In this document: piece by piece, positions 58,066 to 64,000 of the stretch
Layout: every line of letters starts with the position of its first letter
Numbering within the stretch: the first letter of the stretch is position 1
Virus record (IMG/VR): IMGVR_UViG_3300002835_000013
Length of the DNA: 64,000 nt
Strand: one strand, 5' to 3'
Origin: a virus
The notes under the pieces: model-generated
The model's database searches: none
What the model was told of the DNA's origin: nothing
Seen by the model: the letters and a program-made list of their open reading frames with translations, nothing else
Translations under genes and position numbers: made by a program

Positions 58066-60172
58066 TAGACTTTTCTTTGGCAGTTAGACCGTCCTTAGAA
58101 TAGCCTTTCTTGATGTGCTTTACCATGCGCTCAAACTTTGCGCCTGGAGGTGCCTTTTCTTCTAGTCTATCAGATACTCTTTCAAGACCTTTCTTTCTTT
58201 TCTTGATGGCGTGCTTGAACTTGCCTTCTGTGTCAAGGCCTTTTCTAACAACTTCTTTACTTACATTGCGGTCTGCTTTAGCCGCACTCTTGTATGCTTT
58301 GAGAGTTGCCTGCTTTAGTTCATCAATCTGTGTTTCTTCTTTAGCATGAACTTTTACATTCTTGCCTTTGATCTTGTCTTTAGCAAGGTTAGGAGATAGC
58401 ATTCCTTTACGAAAAGACTCGGGTGTTGCGTAATCCTTGTTTCGATCTTTCTTCTTCGCAAGGTAACTTCTAAGAGTCTTTTTAGAAACCTCATCAATCT
58501 GTTCTTCTTTGACTGGCACACAGTTAGGCACCTGGCGGCCGCCCTTCTTCTTCATGCCAACCATTTCATAACCCTTCCAGCAAGGATCTTTATCTTCTTC
58601 CATCTTATTGGCAGCATACTTAGCAAACTTGATGCCTTGCTTGTTCTTCTTTTCGCCTTTATGGAATGCCTGAACATAAGAATACATATCAGGTTCTTTC
58701 TGGGCATCCTTCTTCATCTTATCGGACTTTACATAAGCATGATGGGCAGCACGGCTAGCAAGACCAGCGGATACTTCATCAATCTTTTCTTCTTTTAGAC
58801 GCTTATGTGCCATGGTTAGACCTTTTAGTCTTTTTCCAATGGTCTTTTCGTCTTTTGCCTTTTCTGATTCTGGTCTATCCTTAAACTTAGGTTTACCAAA
58901 AACGTCCGTCATATCTTTGCCGGCCCTTTCGTGAAAGCGGTCATCTTCTCTCTTACCAGCAGCATATGTATAGGAGGCGTGTGCCCTCTTTCTATATCTG
59001 TTTGCTAGTTCCTTAGAGATTTCATCAATCTGGGTTTCTTCCATGTAAGCATTCTTAGGCATAGAAGCATTTACTTTTGCCTTGCCTTTCATCTTCTTAT
59101 CAGCAAGAGCAATACCTTTTTCTCTTTTTCTTGCTAATGCCTTAGAAGGAGAAGGATCATCACCCATAGATTTGGTGAACTTAGTTTCCCAAGTAGCATC
59201 GCCATGGGACTTTTCAGCACCTCTCTTATAGCGAACAAGTTTGCCTAGAGATACTTCGTCAAGTTCAACTTCTTCTTTTTGATTGGCACGCTTTGTCATT
59301 TTATCATACCAAGCTTGGCTTTTCTTTTTACCAGACCTGACAACATCTTTTATCTTATTCTTAGCAACGATTTTTTGAATCGCTTTAGTTGAATCATCTT
59401 CGTCAATCTGCTTTTTCATCATAACTTTGATGGCAGACTGGGTGCTTGGTGAGTCTCCTTGGCTACAGTCGCAATCGTCTAGAACAGTATGTGCCTTTTC
59501 TTTTGGTGCAGCGGCCTTAGCAACTGCCTGACGGACGGCAGCATCGGTTTCTTCTCCAAAAACATCACCAACTTTTTTACTAGGCGAATTACCCAAAAAA
59601 TGACTTCTTGGATTTTTGGAATTTAATTCCTTCATCTTTTTCATCATTTCTTTTTTACTGCCCTGAGCAACAATTTTTTTACTATCGGCATGAACAACTT
59701 TATGTGAAGTTGAATGACGAATCGCTTCTTCTAATGTTTCCTCAGCGACCATACTTTCAGCCGCACCAATCTTGGATTCTAGTTCTTTATCATCCACAAT
59801 CTTGGCTTGTAGATAATACATGGAACCGACTAGATGATAGTGAAAGAAAAGATAATACTTGGCAGGAACTTGATTGATCCATTCACCTGTATCGGTGAAG
59901 CCCATCTTGTTACCAAACTGATTTACTTCCCATACTTCAATACCATGTCTACCCTCTAGATAGACTTTCTTTGGTAGATGAATGTGGAAATATGCTAGAG
60001 CCTTGCGAACCTTATTGAGTGAAGCATAAGGTGTTACACATGGTCTGGCAGCGATACCAGCTAGAATGCCATTTACTTCGTCTCTAACGGCGTCACGCTC
60101 AATGTCGATGCCCCCACTAGCGAGGGCACCGATTGTGATTTCTTCGTTTAGGTGTTCACGGAAAGTTTTCAT
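58016..60172 (-). CDS. Modular basic protein with repeated EE-x(1,3)-(I/L)DE junctions; probable internal head protein
   Basis: MKTFRE start; several EETQIDE-type motifs separating Lys-rich blocks. Confidence 0.65.
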   Translation of the reverse strand: MKTFREHLNEEITIGALASGGIDIERDAVRDEVNGILAGIAARPCVTPYASLNKVRKALAYFHIHLPKKVYLEGRHGIEVWEVNQFGNKMGFTDTGEWINQVPAKYYLFFHYHLVGSMYYLQAKIVDDKELESKIGAAESMVAEETLEEAIRHSTSHKVVHADSKKIVAQGSKKEMMKKMKELNSKNPRSHFLGNSPSKKVGDVFGEETDAAVRQAVAKAAAPKEKAHTVLDDCDCSQGDSPSTQSAIKVMMKKQIDEDDSTKAIQKIVAKNKIKDVVRSGKKKSQAWYDKMTKRANQKEEVELDEVSLGKLVRYKRGAEKSHGDATWETKFTKSMGDDPSPSKALARKREKGIALADKKMKGKAKVNASMPKNAYMEETQIDEISKELANRYRKRAHASYTYAAGKREDDRFHERAGKDMTDVFGKPKFKDRPESEKAKDEKTIGKRLKGLTMAHKRLKEEKIDEVSAGLASRAAHHAYVKSDKMKKDAQKEPDMYSYVQAFHKGEKKNKQGIKFAKYAANKMEEDKDPCWKGYEMVGMKKKGGRQVPNCVPVKEEQIDEVSKKTLRSYLAKKKDRNKDYATPESFRKGMLSPNLAKDKIKGKNVKVHAKEETQIDELKQATLKAYKSAAKADRNVSKEVVRKGLDTEGKFKHAIKKRKKGLERVSDRLEEKAPPGAKFERMVKHIKKGYSKDGLTAKEKSIAYATAWKAKKREENK

Positions 60173-60182
60173 ATAACTCTCC

Positions 60183-60794
60183 TTATGGTGTTGTTACGGC
60201 AGCGTTTGCGGATGTAACTGTGTTTGCTCCAGCTGCGGAAACTAGAACACGGAAGGTGTTTGCGTTTGCGACTGCGGCATTTGCGACAAGAGTTGGTGAA
60301 GTATTGTTGAAGTAAACACCAGCTGTATTTGGAACAGATATCCAACCAGCACCAGCGTTACGCTGCCATGTATAGGATAGTGTAGCGCCTGTTGGTGTTG
60401 ATGCAGCAGCAACAGTTAGATTGACATTGCCGGCACCATTTGCGCTTGTTGGCTGTGTGGTAATGCGTAGTGTAAAGTCTGGGAAGTTAGTGTCATCGGA
60501 ACCATCGGTAGCGATAGAACCTGTAGCAACTAGAACTTCGTATGTTACACGACCAGCACGAAGACCGGTGCCTTCTTTACGAAGAACCCAACCGGAGTGT
60601 GGGATTCTTGGATTAGCACGGACTTCGTTTGTGTCTACAGCAAACTGTCCGATTGCTAGATTTGTTGTGATGGCAGACATGGTAACATTGCCATATAGAT
60701 TGGCACGATTACCAGGTGTGGTTGCCTGATTGACCTGAATTGTTGCTGCAATGTCTGAATTGGCAGCGTTGTCTTTATTACCCCATAGTGGCAT
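60183..60794 (-). CDS. Virion structural protein with a C-terminal Ig-like domain
   Basis: MPLWG..D, H.GWV......GRV.YEVLVA; ITTQP...LSY.WQ. Confidence 0.7.
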   Translation of the reverse strand: MPLWGNKDNAANSDIAATIQVNQATTPGNRANLYGNVTMSAITTNLAIGQFAVDTNEVRANPRIPHSGWVLRKEGTGLRAGRVTYEVLVATGSIATDGSDDTNFPDFTLRITTQPTSANGAGNVNLTVAAASTPTGATLSYTWQRNAGAGWISVPNTAGVYFNNTSPTLVANAAVANANTFRVLVSAAGANTVTSANAAVTTP

Positions 60795-60805
60795 TGTAGT
60801 TTCCT

Positions 60806-60976
60806 TTAGTTAGTTAGAGAGGTGTTCTGCATACCCTGTTTTGCTGGATCCAATTCTACAGGATCAGCGGGTTTGCCCGTCTCGGTTGTATTTGCTTTTA
60901 TTTGTTGTCTCTTAGAGAGGACTTTTTTACGATCCTCTCTTACGAGTTTCTTTACATCATACGGATGTTTCATCAT
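60806..60976 (-). CDS. 56-aa hypothetical protein (not in the ORF track)
   Basis: MMKHPYDVKKLVRE...TGKPADPVELDP; ATGA overlap and ATAAATA upstream. Confidence 0.55.
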   Translation of the reverse strand: MMKHPYDVKKLVREDRKKVLSKRQQIKANTTETGKPADPVELDPAKQGMQNTSLTN

Positions 60977-61698
60977 ACTATCCTATATTTATTTGCACCA
61001 ACGGACACGACAGACTCAGCAATTTGACTATTTTGAGAAGTTCTGTTCTTTGCCTCTTTTTCATTATCAAGACCAGCACCACCTTGATGCCTTGATCCAC
61101 TTACAGGTGAATTGGTACGATCAAGAGGATCACTCTCTCTACCATAATTAGGAGTCATAGCATCCGAGCCACCTTTTGGTGTAGTGACTGCTGTAGATGC
61201 TCCAGGAACGCTACTATCTGTTCTTGGTGTTGCTGGAGCGGGTGCTGCTGACTGCTCTGGACCTTGTGCTTTTTCAGCCTTTGAAGGATCAAAGGCCTTT
61301 AGTCCCTTAGGATCAAGTCTCTTTTGAATAACAGAAGGATCATTTGCACCACCCTTACGTGCTGTCAATCCTTTAAGATCATTCATATACTGACCTAAGG
61401 TAGCATTCGGATTACCTACGTTTTTTCTATATGTATCTAGATCAGACTTAGAAACAACGCCGGGTTTTGTTGCTGTTGATGCAGCAGGCGGTCTTGTAGT
61501 TGTGCCAAGACTAGTAGGTCTTACTGGTGGACGTGGAGCCATAGTTACTGATCCGCTACCACCAGCATTAGTCGATCCCGCAGGTCTAATGTTTTGTGAG
61601 CCTACTGCCTGTGTGCGTCCAACTTGTGCTGCGGCCGGCGCCGCTGGCTTTGGCATACTATTTAATTTAGCCAACGCTTGTGCGGCCGTAGGTCTCAT
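60973..61698 (-). CDS. Pro/Ala/Ser-rich low-complexity protein
   Basis: 241-codon ORF with a weak RBS; may be a frameshift extension of the upstream gene. Confidence 0.6.
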   Translation of the reverse strand: MRPTAAQALAKLNSMPKPAAPAAAQVGRTQAVGSQNIRPAGSTNAGGSGSVTMAPRPPVRPTSLGTTTRPPAASTATKPGVVSKSDLDTYRKNVGNPNATLGQYMNDLKGLTARKGGANDPSVIQKRLDPKGLKAFDPSKAEKAQGPEQSAAPAPATPRTDSSVPGASTAVTTPKGGSDAMTPNYGRESDPLDRTNSPVSGSRHQGGAGLDNEKEAKNRTSQNSQIAESVVSVGANKYRIV

Positions 61699-61733
61699 TT
61701 GCTCGGATACCGACTTACCCGTTTCCGGTGCGC

Positions 61734-63062
61734 CTAGAAAGACGAATCTTCCTTCATATGCTTGGCACGGATTCTCTTTAGAATAGCACCGGCAACTTTC
61801 TTGCCACGCTCTTCGGATCCATACTTCTCACCAGCTTTAGCAGCAATCTTAGAGAACATCTTGCCTGGCTTACCAATATCTTTACCAGCACGGGCAGCCT
61901 TTGCTGAATATGCCGCTTCGTCAAGTTCATAACCTTCTGGTAGATTTGGTTTTGTATGTTTTCCAAGACGACTTTTGATATCGGCCTTTGTGTCTTTGGT
62001 TGCAGACTTAGTAAGTTTGCCTTTTTTAGTAAAATGGCCTGAATATCCATCCTTATGAAAATCTGTATTGCTAACATCAGGAAGTTTTGCTTTTCCTGTT
62101 GGCTTTTGATTTCTTGCACTCTTGCCAGGAAGATTCTTTTCTTTCCATCTATAAAGACGATTACTTCTATTCCAGTTGCCATCCATGTCATCATGCGTTT
62201 CTGCACGACGATATGCCTGCATTGCTGTCTTAGCAGTTGGCTTCTTTAGTTCATCAATCTGTATTTCTTCTTTAGCAAGTTTTCTATATTCCTTTGCCTT
62301 GTTCTTAGCAGCCTTAAGATCGGACGATGCCTTGGCACGATCCATCAAAGCCGATGCACGACCTCTCTTAGCTGCGGATTTTTCTGCACTTCTTTCATGC
62401 CCAACTGCCTTCCCATAATGACGCTCGAATTTTTCATCATCGTCTTTTTCATCAGCCTTGTCAGCTTCACCATGATGAAAATTGGCTCTGGCTTTATGTG
62501 TTTGATAGTCGTCAGAATGTTTGCGACGAATATCTGGTAACTTACCCTTACCATAAAGTTCATCGATCTGTTCTTCTTCCATCTTGCCTGCCATCTTAGC
62601 AGCACGGAAGCGAGAACCCCAAACTTCGTCCTTTGGAGACTCTATCTTGCCGTCCTTGTCATAGTCTTTGTCGGCTTTTTCTTCTTTGGTAACACCCTGC
62701 TTCATAAGTTTGCGACCATGTTTTAGCATACTTACGGGAGCATTGTAGTTATTGTTGCGACCTTCGGGATTATCGTGACCGAGTTTCATAGCAACGGCAT
62801 CACGCTTACGACGATTTATATCATCTTTCTTTGGACGATCACGTATTTCATCAATCTGTTCACCTTCCTTCATGCACTTATATGCTTCCTCAAGGCGAGC
62901 ATCATAAGCAGCAAGATCCTCACGGACAACTGCCTTACGAGAATAGACACCGAACTCCTCGTTTACAAGGGCTTCGGCCTTACGACGAATCTCACCATCC
63001 TGCATGGCGGACTGGACTGCTTCTAATAGCGGGTCCTTCTTTGTTAGAAATGGATTACTCAT
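61734..63062 (-). CDS. Modular basic protein with EQIDE-type junctions; probable internal head protein
   Basis: EGEQIDE, EEEQIDE, EEIQIDE and YELDE separate Lys/Arg-rich blocks. Confidence 0.65.
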   Translation of the reverse strand: MSNPFLTKKDPLLEAVQSAMQDGEIRRKAEALVNEEFGVYSRKAVVREDLAAYDARLEEAYKCMKEGEQIDEIRDRPKKDDINRRKRDAVAMKLGHDNPEGRNNNYNAPVSMLKHGRKLMKQGVTKEEKADKDYDKDGKIESPKDEVWGSRFRAAKMAGKMEEEQIDELYGKGKLPDIRRKHSDDYQTHKARANFHHGEADKADEKDDDEKFERHYGKAVGHERSAEKSAAKRGRASALMDRAKASSDLKAAKNKAKEYRKLAKEEIQIDELKKPTAKTAMQAYRRAETHDDMDGNWNRSNRLYRWKEKNLPGKSARNQKPTGKAKLPDVSNTDFHKDGYSGHFTKKGKLTKSATKDTKADIKSRLGKHTKPNLPEGYELDEAAYSAKAARAGKDIGKPGKMFSKIAAKAGEKYGSEERGKKVAGAILKRIRAKHMKEDSSF

Positions 63063-63105
63063 TTTTGTTTCCCTTTTAGTTTCTTATAATATAGAAAACT
63101 CTATC

Positions 63106-64000
63106 TTATTTAGTCTTTTTGTATTTTCTTTTTCCAAACAATGCTGTTTTTTCAAACTCTGCGTTCACATCAGGTTTTACTTCATCTTGACTCATTGTGT
63201 TTGGAGTCATGCCCATTGATCCCATATAAGGGTCAATCAGGCTTTCTTTTCTCACTTTTTCAGCCGTTTCTTTCATCTTTTCTTCGGCTAGTTTGCCATA
63301 CTTTGCTTTGAATCTTCTACGAGTTTCTTCTTTCATCATCCAACGGTCAATAGGAGACCATAGCTGATTTGGTTCACCAGTAATGAAAGGATTATCATCG
63401 CTTGTTATATCACCGACAAATGAAGGATTCTTGGCAGAGGTAAATGTCTGACCAAGGCGATCCGCTTTGATGGGTAGATTGCCAAAGACTTTAGTTTCAT
63501 AATAACCCATATCTCTTGTCTTACCTGGCTCCTGACCTGGCGTATCTTTCTTATAACGATCTGTTAGCTTAGGTGTGCCCCAGTTTCCTGCGCCACCTAC
63601 TGGATTGCTCTTTGCCTTTGGTGAGAAGTCCGAATACTGTTCTAGCATATTCTCAAAGCGGCGGTCCATATCACTGGATAGAAACTCTTCCACTTCTTTG
63701 GAAATGGAGTCAACGAACTTATTGTATGTCTCAACAATAGTATTGGCGTCAAGGTCATTCTTTACCTCAATAACCTTCTCAAATAGCTGGTCATAACGAT
63801 TTAGATTGAACTGTGCCTTGCTCCACTTTTCATAACGCTTTTCTTCGGCAATGACACGACCACCAGTGGTTGACCTTGCTTCGTTACGCTGTCTGGATAC
63901 ATCATTGCTGGTATTCACAAATAGCATAATCGTCTTGTAACCGGCACTCTCAAGGATATTCTTGATTTGTCTTGTTGCTTCATAGTCTGCCATGGTGCCA
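63106..64000 (-). CDS. P-loop kinase-like (zeta-toxin/AAA-like) protein, 5' end outside the window
   Basis: GY...MLFVNTS..VS..RN..R motif; frame open to the window end. Confidence 0.55.
   Translation of the reverse strand, partial: GTMADYEATRQIKNILESAGYKTIMLFVNTSNDVSRQRNEARSTTGGRVIAEEKRYEKWSKAQFNLNRYDQLFEKVIEVKNDLDANTIVETYNKFVDSISKEVEEFLSSDMDRRFENMLEQYSDFSPKAKSNPVGGAGNWGTPKLTDRYKKDTPGQEPGKTRDMGYYETKVFGNLPIKADRLGQTFTSAKNPSFVGDITSDDNPFITGEPNQLWSPIDRWMMKEETRRRFKAKYGKLAEEKMKETAEKVRKESLIDPYMGSMGMTPNTMSQDEVKPDVNAEFEKTALFGKRKYKKTK

Noticed and set aside
1-64000. Stop-codon reassignment
   Set aside because: Core genes are full length under the standard code and all three stop codons end genes

Overview
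A 64-kb slice of a large lytic T4-like myovirus genome. The host is most likely an alphaproteobacterium (inference from a circularly permuted two-piece tmRNA, a plcP-agt lipid-remodelling pair and an L,D-transpeptidase). 1-17.8 kb is the baseplate/tail module (gp8, 7, 6, 25, split gp5, hub, 53, 2, 4, 48, 54, 26, 51 and a triple-muralytic-domain protein). 17.8-32 kb holds gp32, gp59, gp33, tmRNA, PhoH, ligase and accessory enzymes. 32-42 kb is a hyperplastic early region of tiny ORFs driven by six repeated palindrome+sigma70 promoter cassettes, with RtcB, an HNH nuclease and an MTase/PvuII-like pair. 42-57 kb has RNase H, plcP-agt, class II RNR, ThyX and primase. 57-64 kb has probable head-associated proteins. 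Best leads: (1) an unexplained late-promoter-driven structured RNA sharing its closing helix with the tmRNA intervening segment; (2) one covarying RNA leader in front of two unrelated nucleases; (3) a family of about 40-aa W-x-x-P microproteins mostly below the ORF cut-off; (4) a phage plcP-agt operon; (5) a dispersed translation-rescue toolkit including an unannotated ArfA-like peptide; (6) two candidate -1 frameshifts; (7) small genes bracketed by direct repeats of gene junctions. All assignments come from reading motifs by eye; no searches or folding programs were run.
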